Origin: Chiloscyllium plagiosum
Taxonomy: Eukaryota
DNA: 32,982 nucleotides
Direction: 5' to 3'
Assembly (NCBI RefSeq): GCF_004010195.1
Contig: NC_057755.1
Span: forward strand, 4,330,032 to 4,363,013
This document shows positions 1-10,479 of the stretch, in pieces; position 1 is the first letter of the stretch, and each line of letters opens with the position of its first letter. The notes below the pieces were generated by a model. The model saw only the letters and a program-made list of their open reading frames with translations, was not told the DNA's origin and ran no database searches. The translations under genes and the position numbers were made by a program.

Positions 1-2080
1 GAACTTCAGCTCTTAGATCTGGTCTATCCTTTTCCATCATTATTTTAAATCTAATAGAATTATGGTCTCTGGCCCCAAAGTGCACCCCCACTGACACCTC
101 AGTCACCTGCCCTTCCTTATTTCCCAAGAGTAAGTCACGTTTTGCACCTTCTCTCGTAGGCGCATTCACATACAAAATCAGAAAATTGTCTTGTACGCAC
201 TTAACAAATTCATCTCCATTTGAACCCTTACCATTATGGCAGTTGCAGTCTATGTTTGGAAAGTTAAAATTCCATCCGAAAACCACCCGATTATTCTTAC
301 AGATCGCTGAGATCTCCTTACAAGTTTGTTTCTCAATTTCCCTCTGACTATTAGGGAATCTATAATACAATTCCAATAAGGTGATCGTCCCTCTCTAATT
401 TCTCAGTTCCACCCAAATAACTTTCCTGGATGTATTTCTGGAACTATCTTTCCTTAACACAGCTGTAATGCTATCCCTGATCAAAAATGCCACCACCCCC
501 TCCTCTCTTGCCTCCCTTTCTATCCTTCCTGCGGCATTTGTATCCTGGAACATTAAGTTTCCAGTCCAGCCCATCCCTGAGCCATGTTTCTGTAATTGCT
601 ACGATATCCCAATCCCATGTTTCTAACCATGCCCTGAGATCGTCTGCCTTACCTGTTGGGCCCCTTGCATTGAAATAAATGCAGTTTAATTTATTAGTAA
701 TACCTTGTCCCTGCCTGCCCTGAATGTTTGACTCGCTTCTGTTCTCAATTGTACCAGTATCAGATTGATCTCGTTCCTCACTGTCTGCCTGGGCCCCACC
801 CCCCCAACTTACTAGTTGGAATCCTCCCGAGCAGCTCGAGCAAATTTCCTTGCCAGTACATTAGTCCCCTTCTAATTGAGGTGCAATCCGTCCTTCTTTT
901 ACAGGTCACTTCCACTCCAAAAGAGATTCCAATGATCCAAAATTGCGAATCCATCTCCCCTGCACCAGCCCCTCAGACATGCATTCATCTGCTCTATTCT
1001 CCTATTCCTGACTTCACGAGTTCGGTGTACTGGGAGTAATTCAGATATTACTACTCTTGAGGGCCTCCTTTTTAAATTTATGCCTAACTCCCTGTAATGT
1101 CCCTTTAGAATCTCAATCTTTTCCCTTCCTATCTCGTTTGTTCCAATGTGTGCAATGACCTCCTGCGGCCCCCTCTCTCCCTTGAAAACACTCTGCACCC
1201 TCTCTGAGGCATCCTTGATCCTAGCAGCAAGGAAGCAACACACCATTCTTACTTTTCGTTGCTGGCCACAGAAGCATCTGTCTATACCTTGGACGAGAAT
1301 GTCCCCTAACACAATCGATCTCTTGTAAACCGACGTACCATCATTGCATTTGAGCCAGTCTGGATCTTAGAAACTTGACGGTTAATGCTGCATTCCTCTG
1401 AGGATCCATCACCCCTGACATTTTTAAAAACAGTATACTTGTTTGAAATGGGGATCGACACAGAAGGCTCCTAAACTACCTACCTACCTGAGTTATCTTT
1501 CCTGGAGTTACTCCATCTGTGTGACCGTATCTGTGACTTTTCTCCCTTCCTACAACTGCCATCCATCACACCCCCTTGCTCTTATAAATTCCTCATTTTC
1601 TCTCCAACGATCCAATCCATCTGATTGAGTTCACAACCAATGCATTTATTGCAGATATAATCTGCAAATACACGTAAACTCTCCCTAAACCACCACAATT
1701 GACAAGAACAGCGTATCACTGAACTAAAGGTCATTTTTATTCTTTTTTCAATACAATGACCAAGAAAATAGCCCATTCTCGTCCCTCTACAAAACACCAC
1801 TCCAGGCTAACTTAATACTTATGGCTTATATTCTTAAGTTTAAACAAGAGTCATATTTTAATACAACATATTATCAAAAAAGAACCCAGTTAACTCGCTA
1901 CTGCAAAGTCACTGTACGGCCACACTTAAAATATTCACTTATCGGTTTATGTGCTGTGACCCCTCCCAAAAAGGTCCCTCCAAGTTCAGCAGCGAATTTC
2001 GCTGTTTGTTCATTTTCCCAGACCACTCTGACGTCCAGCGATACATGGATTCAAACAGTAAAGACAGTCACTGTGCAGAT
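1..2080 (-). mobile_element. CR1-clade LINE, 5' portion (5'UTR, ORF1 with Cys-rich N-terminus and SGNH esterase domain, start of ORF2 APE endonuclease); decayed, runs off the window edge
   Basis: Minus-strand translations MVCCFLAARIKDASERVQSVFKGERGPQEVIAHIGTNEIG (esterase GxN block of CR1 ORF1) and CSCQLW..RE....DYICNKC. Paralogous to 17768-19850. Confidence 0.9.
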
Positions 2081-2093
2081 ACATTGTGGTGAA

Positions 2094-2157
2094 GTCTCTC
2101 TCTCTCTGTCTGTCCCTCTCTCTCTCTCTCTCTCTCCCTCTCTCTCTCTCTCTCTCC
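2094..2157. repeat. (CT)n microsatellite
   Basis: Directly visible. Shorter version in the paralog at ~19860-19892. Confidence 0.95.
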
Positions 2158-2609
2158 TGCACTGACCTCACCTTGTATTTCCTTTGTCTGTTCCTGTCCC
2201 TTTTCCAAGTGCTATTGGTTTCAATTAATTTTCCAAAGTTCCGAAACAACGCAACAGCATACAAAAAAGTGATTGTAGCTCCTGGAATTTGAGGAAATCA
2301 CCTCCAACACCTCAAATGCCTCAAAAAATGAGCAACTTGTTACTGACAGAAATTGTTCCCATCCTTGAACTTTGATTACCCAGAGAGATTTCACAAATGA
2401 GAATGTGGACAATATACAGTAGTGATGAAGTGTAGAGGTGATGAAACCTTCACTGGACTTTTCTTATTGGTATTCTTTCAATAAAATATGGTTCGAGATG
2501 TGAACTGAGAACTGTTTGCGGAGAGTAACTTGTGGCCTTACAGGCAGCTTGTGGGAAAAGGAACAGACTAAACAATCTTTGTTTGTTTGTGAAGCCACCA
2601 TTTGAAGGT

Positions 2610-3010
2610 CCTCAATTCCTGAAGCAGTCCATGTTCAAATAGTGCAAGACCTGGACAATGTTCTTGCAGCATGACCATCTCGAGCAAGGTCCTTGTGTTT
2701 CAATGGCATTATCAATATTACGTTCCCGACAGTTACCATTGATCAGAAATTGAACAGGCGTAGCCAAACAAATCCTGTGTGTCCAACAGCAGTTCAGATG
2801 CTGGGAATCCTGCAAAGAGTAACTTACTGCTGAGCTCTTCCCATTTCCTCTTGGCCAAAGCTTGCTCAGCATCAGCAAGGCATAAGTTGGGAGTGTGATG
2901 AAGCTCTCTCTACTTGCCTGGATGAATACACCTCCAACAACACTCAAGAGAATTGTCCTGATGCAGAACAGAGCAGCCCCTGGATTTGACCCATATCCAC
3001 AAACACTCAT
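2610..3010 (+). mobile_element. Old LINE ORF2 C-terminal fragment (CR1/L2-like family)
   Basis: MKLSLLAWMNTPPTTLKRIVLMQNRA resembles MVEHSPFAEMSEAATTLKKLDTIRDK at 23002, which follows an RT remnant. Confidence 0.55.
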
Positions 3011-3759
3011 CCTTCCACAATCAATGCTCATTGTGTCATATGAGATCTCCTGCAGCTTCTCACTTGGCATTGAAGCGATATTCTGGGTAGTTTCATCGAT
3101 TTTATTTGTCTGCCTCCAGTCCACTCAGACTCTCTGATGGAGGAGGGTATTGTACACTTTCGGACATTCAGAGTGACTTTGACATGCGATGAGTGTATGA
3201 TGGTGGATCTATGGGGTTGGGGCGCAGTGGCTTTCTTTCTGAAATAATAAATAAAATCTTCTGTCCGAACGATGGTTTTGTTGTTTAAGTGAAAAGTAAA
3301 GCATCAGATTTGGAAAATTAACATCATCTCCATTTGTATTTTTTGAATCTTGAAGGCAGTGCCCAAGACAAGAGCATTTCCTTGTATCGTCTTGGCTGAC
3401 ACGGTCTGCTCGGTAAATACAGTGTTGAGAAACTCTTTCAGTCAGTCCTTACGAAGGAGAAATAGTTTTTCCCCTGAACTCAGAAGCGAGTATTTCAGAA
3501 ACAAGAAAAAGCAGCTGCTCAGTTCCATCACAGGTTTCTTGTCCCTCCATTAATTGGAGATAACAGAAGCCCTCTCTGTCCAGTCCCCATCCCAACAAGC
3601 CCAACAGGATCCTAAAGCAGAGCCTGGTCTTCAGTTCTCTCGGATTTTCCCTGTCATTGGCTCCATACCTCCCTCCGTTGTGACCATTGCTGATTGGTGT
3701 GCAGTGTCCACTCCACAGTAAAAGGATCTACAAACGGGCAGATTCCATCAAAACCCTGC

Positions 3760-4560
3760 CCCACCCGCAAATGAATCTGGGAGCTGGACTATGAGGAAGC
3801 TGATGGATAACACCAGCACCAATAGACCTGAATGATACACTGCTGCCATCGCCCAGCATTACAAAATGGTCATCACCGCCGTGAGTGGGATATGACTGGC
3901 AGGAGAAAGGCAACTTAAAGAAAAAGATGGCGGGTATACCTTTTTCTGGAAAAGCAAGCACAGGACATTGTCTCAATGGGATCGGCTTCACCACAACAAA
4001 TAAATTGGTCAGACCTTCCAACAAATCCCCTGTGGTGTAAATGAGCTCCTCATGACCCTCTGACACACCCTGGACCAGAAGCAGTCCTCTCAGCAGTCAG
4101 TGCCTCTGCGCTGAATCGAGACACAATGGAGAAGACAAAATATTCATTTAACACGAGCCTCGAACTATCGCTATCCCACTGAAGGAAATTTACCTCTGGC
4201 AGTGTTTCACAGCCGACCTGATGATGACAAAGTTACCTGAGTGACAGAGTGCCCACAGCATCTGTTCTACAAGAAACGCCTCCCCAGTCAGCAGCTCTGT
4301 GGAGACCCTCAGTGAGAATAACGGGAGATCCAGGATCTCCGAGATTGCAAACGTGAGGTAGTCCTGAACCGGCATCTCCACCATAACTCCAGCAAAAGGA
4401 AACAAGCGGAAACGCTACTGCAGTCTGAGGTGAAACAAAAAAGCCACGGCCTAAAGAATAGATGATGGGTGGAGAGAGTCAGCAGGCGAGTCCGTGATTC
4501 ACTGACAGACAACAACCTGCTCAGTGGCACCACTCAGCTCCTGACCTCATTCCAGCCTTA
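3760..4560 (+). mobile_element. RTE-clade LINE remnant (APE endonuclease region)
   Basis: Manual translation GERQLKEKDGGYTFFWKSK ... GVNELLMTL, typical of RTE/BovB-like endonuclease. Many stops and frameshifts. Confidence 0.75.
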
Positions 4561-4599
4561 GTCCTAACATGGACGAAAAAAGCTGAATTCCAGAGATGG

Positions 4600-5037
4600 A
4601 GTGAGGCTGACTGTACTTAACTTCAAGCATGCATATGGCCTGGTGTGGCTTGAAGGAGCCTGAGCAAATCTGGACGCAATGGAAATCGGGGGATCTCTCC
4701 ACTGAATGGAGTCATCCCTGGCAGAAAAGAAGAAAGTTGTGGTTCTTTGAGGTCAGTCACCACAGCTGCAGGGCATCTCTGTCCTCAAAGGAGTGTCTTA
4801 GGCCAAACCATCTTCGGTAATTTCATCAATGGACTCCTCTCCATCACAGGGTCAGACATGGGGATATTAGCTGATGTTTACACTGTGTTCAGCAGTATTT
4901 GCGACTACTCAGATACTGAAGTAGTCCTTATCCAAATGCAGTGAGACCGGGGTAATATCCAGGCTTGGAATGAAAAGTGGTAAATCGCATACATGACACA
5001 AAAATGCCAGACAGTGATCAACTCTAACAACAGAGAA
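4600..5037 (+). mobile_element. Old LINE RT fragment, cut by assembly gap
   Basis: PQRSVLGQTIFGNFINGL...GILADVYT is a degenerate PQGSVLGP.LF..FINDL...ADD RT motif. Confidence 0.75.
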
Positions 5038-5537
5038 NNNNNNNNNNNNNNNNNNNNNNNNNNNNNNNNNNNNNNNNNNNNNNNNNNNNNNNNNNNNNNN
5101 NNNNNNNNNNNNNNNNNNNNNNNNNNNNNNNNNNNNNNNNNNNNNNNNNNNNNNNNNNNNNNNNNNNNNNNNNNNNNNNNNNNNNNNNNNNNNNNNNNNN
5201 NNNNNNNNNNNNNNNNNNNNNNNNNNNNNNNNNNNNNNNNNNNNNNNNNNNNNNNNNNNNNNNNNNNNNNNNNNNNNNNNNNNNNNNNNNNNNNNNNNNN
5301 NNNNNNNNNNNNNNNNNNNNNNNNNNNNNNNNNNNNNNNNNNNNNNNNNNNNNNNNNNNNNNNNNNNNNNNNNNNNNNNNNNNNNNNNNNNNNNNNNNNN
5401 NNNNNNNNNNNNNNNNNNNNNNNNNNNNNNNNNNNNNNNNNNNNNNNNNNNNNNNNNNNNNNNNNNNNNNNNNNNNNNNNNNNNNNNNNNNNNNNNNNNN
5501 NNNNNNNNNNNNNNNNNNNNNNNNNNNNNNNNNNNNN
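5038..5537. other. Assembly gap (500 N)
   Basis: Run of N. Other gaps at 7567-7690, 13330-13478, 14513-15121 and 25538-26037. Confidence 1.
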
Positions 5538-6836
5538 CAAGGGGGCAGTGTTATAGTAATGCTATTTTGTCCAATCAATCTGACGCTGTTCAAGATGTTT
5601 CGCTCATGCCAATAAAGCTGATACTGTTTCTAAAGTAGTGGGTAAGTATATGCAGCTGCCAAGTAGGCCGGCTTTCACAGCAAAATTCTGATCCCATTGG
5701 GTCCCCAGCAAAACGCGGTGAGGCACAGAATAAGGACGGGTATGCCAGCTCTGGGTAAGGTACAGAAATCACCAGTGAATGAGACTATCTGTTCAGTGCC
5801 AATTCACAATGTAATGGTTGATTTATCTATTGCTTACTCACTGTAAGCAGGTTTACTGTTTGAATCATTTTCCATATTGTTTAGAAATTTGGAAGTAATT
5901 TTCAAATGACCATTTCTGAAATGATAAAGGCACTTTATATTAAAATATACTACTGACTGAATTATCAAGTGATTTGAGTTCATACATAGACACTAAGACT
6001 AAATGTCTTTGCTTTGTGTTTGCAGCTTATCTGAATGCACACTAGTTGATTTGATTTATCTTTGGACGGGGCTGTTAGATGTAAGGAGGAATGTCCGGCT
6101 GAACTATTACCTTCAATTATACATTTGACAGTGAACAGTAATGGTTTATAATTTTAAGACTGTGCCAATGTCCAAATTCAAGGTTAGATCAATATTAGAA
6201 AATGTCAGTGTGGTTTGAAAGCTTTGTGTCATGTTACTATAATTTGGGGACAGCATTGCCCACCAGCTACTCATCGCCAACTTTTCTGCTCAAAATGACC
6301 ATCTGGTTGCTACACTGAATTCTAAATACTGTTAACTACAGCTGTAGGTCGGGCCATTCGCTTGGGCACGAAGTTGACGTATGATTTTAAAGAGAATACA
6401 ATATATTGCGGAACTAATCTAAATTTTAGGTAAAACTGATGTTTTTCGCAGCAAACCTTCGAAGACTATTACCTCTTAGCAAAGCTGGCTTTCTAAAAAT
6501 AGGATTGTTTAATTCGCCCATGCCAGGGCTCCTCCATATAAAGTAAGAAAATAATGGGTAGGAAGGGAATCTCTGGTGCAAAGTTTAGAATGAATGAGCC
6601 TTTTGCCAGTGTGAGCGATATATTTACTCAAGTGGGCTACATGAGTTTGATTAAGTAGAGAATTATTTATTTCAAAATTGCTCTTAAGACTTCTAGCCTG
6701 CTGATGGGCACACATTATGGCCTCAAATAGGGTACTCCCACGATATTCAAACCAGAATATAGGTGAGTCCTACTACATTAGTTTGTGTTACTGCTTTGCT
6801 GCTGCATATTTTAATTGAGGATGTTTATATTGTATA

Positions 6837-7566
6837 AACTTATATACAAGGAGGGAATGGTTTATACTTTATTACAATGGACACTCCACGGCCTCATACC
6901 CTGATGGGAAGGAACCCTCCAGGTCGTCCTCACCACCCCAACTGTTGCTTAGGTCGCAGAACGTTCTGGCTGAGTCCATCTCCATCATTGCAAGGTCATC
7001 AGAAAAGCCACTTGCACGCGGGATGGAAGAGGAGAGATAATATAGATCGAACTTGCTCGGCTGTGTGGACTTGCCATTGCCAGCTTTGGAGCACAAGAAG
7101 GGACAGTTTACCTGTGCGATCCTGAGCAACCAGAGACTGTGTATCATCTCTGCCAGGAAGATGTCCTTGTGTGCCAAGAGACTGAATGTTACCAAGAATG
7201 ACTAATGCAGTGGTCAACTGCATCAAAAAGATTGACCAGTTCATTTACAGAACAAATCTAAATGGTCTTTACCCTCTAAAGGTGGTGTGTGCCAGTTTAA
7301 TTTCATTTGTACTATGGGCATCCCTGGTCAGCCATGTCCCCTTTTAGATAGATCATGCAGTAAAAGAGGAAAGGTGGGATGCGATCTTTCACTAACAATT
7401 TGTTTGTCGAAACCCATAATAACATATTTGGAGAGGTTGAAGTTACGCCTTTACTTCAGCAATAGACTCCCTGACTCTTTTCTCCCTTCTAAATCCTATC
7501 ATGGGGGTATCGAATAGTTCTAAAGTATTTACAGGATTATGGACATCCTCCAATAAATCCGCAATA
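6837..7566 (+). mobile_element. Endogenous retrovirus, partial copy 1 (integrase C-terminus and 5' env), cut by gap
   Basis: 6741-7566 is nearly identical to 7691-8516. Contains the degenerate WEG...VVLTTPT...VHLHHCK motif at 6905-6994. Confidence 0.88.
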
Positions 7567-7786
7567 NNNNNNNNNNNNNNNNNNNNNNNNNNNNNNNNNN
7601 NNNNNNNNNNNNNNNNNNNNNNNNNNNNNNNNNNNNNNNNNNNNNNNNNNNNNNNNNNNNNNNNNNNNNNNNNNNNNNNNNNNNNNNNNNCGATATTCAA
7701 ACCAGAATATAGGTGAGTCCTACTACATTAGTTTGTGTTACTGCTTTGCTGCTGCATATTTTAATTGAGGATGTGTATATTGTATA

Positions 7787-7960
7787 CACTTATATACAAG
7801 GAGGGAATGGTTTATACTTTATTACAATGGACACTCCACGGCCTCATACCCTGATGGGAAGGACCCTTCCAGGTCGTCCTCACCACCCCAACTGTTGCTT
7901 AGGTCGCAGAACGTTCTGGCTGAGTCCATCTCCATCATTGCAAGGTCATCAGAAAAGCCA
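7787..7960 (+). pseudogene. pol: Retroviral pol remnant: integrase C-terminal GPY/F region
   Basis: 7849-7944 translates P*WEGPFQVVLTTPTVA*VAERSG*VHLHHCK, matching the gamma/epsilon-like consensus PRWEGPY/FQVLLTTPTAVKV....WIH.SHCK. Confidence 0.92.
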
Positions 7961-7986
7961 CTTGCACGCGGGATGGAAGAGGAGAG

Positions 7987-9759
7987 ATAATATAGATCGA
8001 ACTTGCCCGGCTGTGTGGACTTGCCATTGCCAGCTTTGGAGCACAAGAAGGGACAGTTTACCTGTGCGATCCTTAGCAACCAGAGACTGTGTATCATCTC
8101 TGCCAGGAAGATGTCCTTGTGTGCCAAGAGACTGAATGTTACCAAGAATGACTAATGCAGTGGTCAACTGCATCAAAAAGATTGTCCAGTTCATTTACAG
8201 AACAAATCTAAATGGTCTTTACCCTCGAAAGGTGTTGTGTGCCAGTTTAATTTCATTTGTACTATGGGCATCCCTGGTCAGCCATGTCCCCTTTTAGATA
8301 GATCATGCAGTAAAAGAGGAAAGTTGGGATGCGATCTTTCACTAACAATTTGTTTCTCGAAACCCATAATAACATATTTGGAGAGGTTGAAGTTACGCCT
8401 TTACTTCAGCAATAGACTCCCTGACCTCTTTTCTCCTTCTAAATCCTATCATGGGGGTATCGAATAGTTCTAAAGTATTTACAGGATTATGGACATCCTC
8501 CAATAAATCCGCAATACCCTATCCCAATTGCTGCAATAGTAAGGGATGGGGGTGCACGGATTGGAGTGTAACTATGTAAAATTGCCTAAAATTATCCCCT
8601 GTGCTATGCCTAAATGTATCAGTTGTCACTGTTTCCCGGAAGGACCACACATTCCTTCAGGAGGAATGAGTCTCTATTACCTCTGGTATTCAAATTCTTT
8701 GTGGGGTATTTTACCACCACCAACTTCATTATGATACACCTAATTGCACTAATATTTTCCCCGTTATTGGATGGGTAGAACCATTCTGCGATGTCGATCA
8801 CGTTTCTTATCAAGAGACCCACCTCATTCGACTGAATGATTTCCAGCCTTAATGTTCGGGACCAAACTATATAATCAAGGATTACCCAGGTACCTCAGGA
8901 AGTCACAAAGATAGGCCCGCTTCTGATTGGGAAGGTCACTCCATTATCTATACTTAACCTGGATATTATGATTCAGTTATAGTAAGGCATCTTGTCCTGA
9001 ATATAGCAAGTACTCCACATGTTGTAGCTGTAGAAGCATTATTTCCAAGTCCTGTTCCCTGTCCAATTACCTGGCACCGAGATTCAAATTCCCGTGTCAA
9101 ACTTTCAGTTTCTCCTGAGTTTTGTGCAGAATGGAAGGATCCAAAGTTTCTATCAAATAGTAAAACTCACTCATTAACATATGCAGCACTTAGTGTTCTT
9201 TCCGTTAGACGGTCTTCAGGAGTTATTAGTCATCAAAACATTTGTGGACCCACAATCTCATGAAATGAGACAATTGCTTCCTAATCGAAGTAAGGGTCGT
9301 GCTTTCAGTATTGTGCCTATATACCCAACAAAACCTGCTATGCTCTCGATTACATTATTGTGAAGGAAGGTGGCGTTTGCATCATAGTCCAAGGAAAGTG
9401 CATCATGGGGTCACTAACTTTATCGAAAACATTACTGGACAAATAGATATCATCCGCACTTCTGTCAACCAAATGAATGAAGGTGCAGGGTGGGGAGATT
9501 GGGGTTTTGGTTTATGCGACAAAGGGCTTATCAATATGGCTATGTATGCTGCTATTGTTCATTTGGTCATTTTGTTAGTATTGCTATTGATCAGTGTATT
9601 ATTGCTAAAATATTAATTTATATTGACAACATTGGTTTCACCCAGAACATGCTAATTCTCCACTTTGATGATGATGCGGAAGCATCATCGCCGGTCCCTG
9701 ATTCCTCTTCAGACGAAGAGAAAGGATTGCAGTCTTTCACTGCCATAGAATTGGATTAA
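7987..9759 (+). pseudogene. env: Retroviral env pseudogene (SU + TM) with filovirus-GP2/ASLV-like TM
   Basis: Signal-peptide-like II*IELARLCGLAIASFGA. Decayed furin site RVKL|SVS (9093-9104). ICGPTIS*NET (9240-9272). TQQN/(C)YALDYIIVKEGGVCIIVQGKC (9323-9401). NITGQID. Hydrophobic anchor MAMYAAIVHLVILLVLLL. Multiple stops and frameshifts; start position is inferred. Confidence 0.92.
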
Positions 9760-9802
9760 TTTGGTCCATGCATTTATGGTGTAGTCATTGAATGATCAAC
9801 GC

Positions 9803-9814
9803 AGGGAAGGAGGA
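9803..9814 (+). promoter_or_regulatory. Polypurine tract (PPT)
   Basis: agggaaggagga about 45 nt after the env C-terminal stop. Copy 3 reads agggaatgagga. Confidence 0.7.
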
Positions 9815-9816
9815 TC

Positions 9817-10479
9817 TATAATTTGAATTTAGCTGTTGTCAGATGCAACAAGTATATGTAGATTTTTATTAACTACGAAATAGCTTTACAATTTAAAATA
9901 ACACAACATAATGGCTAAAAGTAAGAACTTGACTCTGTGAACTTGTGCTGCTGCTTTGTTGAGTTAATCAAAATAGAAGATAAGTGATTATAATGGATTT
10001 TCATAATATGAATTATAAGACAGTGATTTCGTATTTGAGGTAAACTTGAACTAGTAAATATGCGTACAACAATCTGTTTCCCTTGAAATGTCATTGGATT
10101 AGCCTGTCGTCAATCATGTCACTATATTACAGTCGATTGGACTTTTCTGCTAATTAAGATACTTTTCCCAGGAAATATCATTGGATTAACCTGCTGTAAA
10201 TGATGTCACCTTATTAGATATGATTGGTCTTTTCTTGTAATTCAGGCTGTACTATCTATAAAAAACATAAGTAATAAGTAATTGTCAAATGTATTTGCAC
10301 TATTTCTCTACGGAGCACAGAAACGTTTAACCTCCGTGTTGCTTGGCAAATCTACCCCAGGCTACTTCTATTTATTAATTTATTAAACGTGTAACCTTGC
10401 TTTAAACAGATTGTACTCCTCGTCATTCTTTTGACCAGTCCTAAAACCAAGAGGGCCTGCAACGGGGTATAAATCTTCA
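9817..10479 (+). repeat. Putative 3' LTR
   Basis: Follows the PPT. Contains an 87-bp tandem repeat with ATTGG boxes, TATAAAA at 10257 and ATTAAA at 10382. Ends in CA at 10478-10479 where CR1 homology begins. No 5' LTR in the window to confirm the ends. Confidence 0.6.

Larger units (their letters stand above)
1..5037 (+). repeat. Segmental duplication block A (direct copy of 17768-22792)
   Basis: Colinear from gaacttcagctcttagatct (1 / 17768) to ctctaacaacagagaa (5037 / 22792) across several unrelated TE remnants. Matching ORF pairs, e.g. 487/18255, 2895/20615, 3728/21450. Confidence 0.97.
7787..10479 (+). mobile_element. Endogenous retrovirus, copy 2: 3' half (IN C-terminus, env, PPT, 3' LTR)
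   Basis: Canonical order of integrase GPY/F module, env with immunosuppressive domain and membrane anchor, polypurine tract, and an LTR-like segment with CCAAT/TATA/polyA signals. Confidence 0.9.

Noticed and set aside
5538..5620. aagggggcag-TGTTATAG as a PPT/LTR start or a CTCF motif
   Set aside because: It sits on a gap edge, has no partner LTR and no match to the ERV LTR. Unsupported.
7713..8135. 140-aa ORF overlapping the IN/env junction as an accessory gene
   Set aside because: It is not preserved in frame across the three copies and reads off-frame over integrase and env.
7852..8160. APOBEC-type G-to-A hypermutation (TGG to TGA/TAG stops)
   Set aside because: Only a few such sites, mixed with CpG decay, transversions and indels. 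Cannot be supported without a consensus.
9093..9616. Endogenous filovirus glycoprotein insertion
   Set aside because: It is flanked by a retroviral integrase tail and a PPT/LTR, and no NP, VP35 or L-like sequence is seen. The context is retroviral.
7987..9759. Domesticated syncytin-like intact env
   Set aside because: Multiple stops and frameshifts and a lost furin site in both copies.
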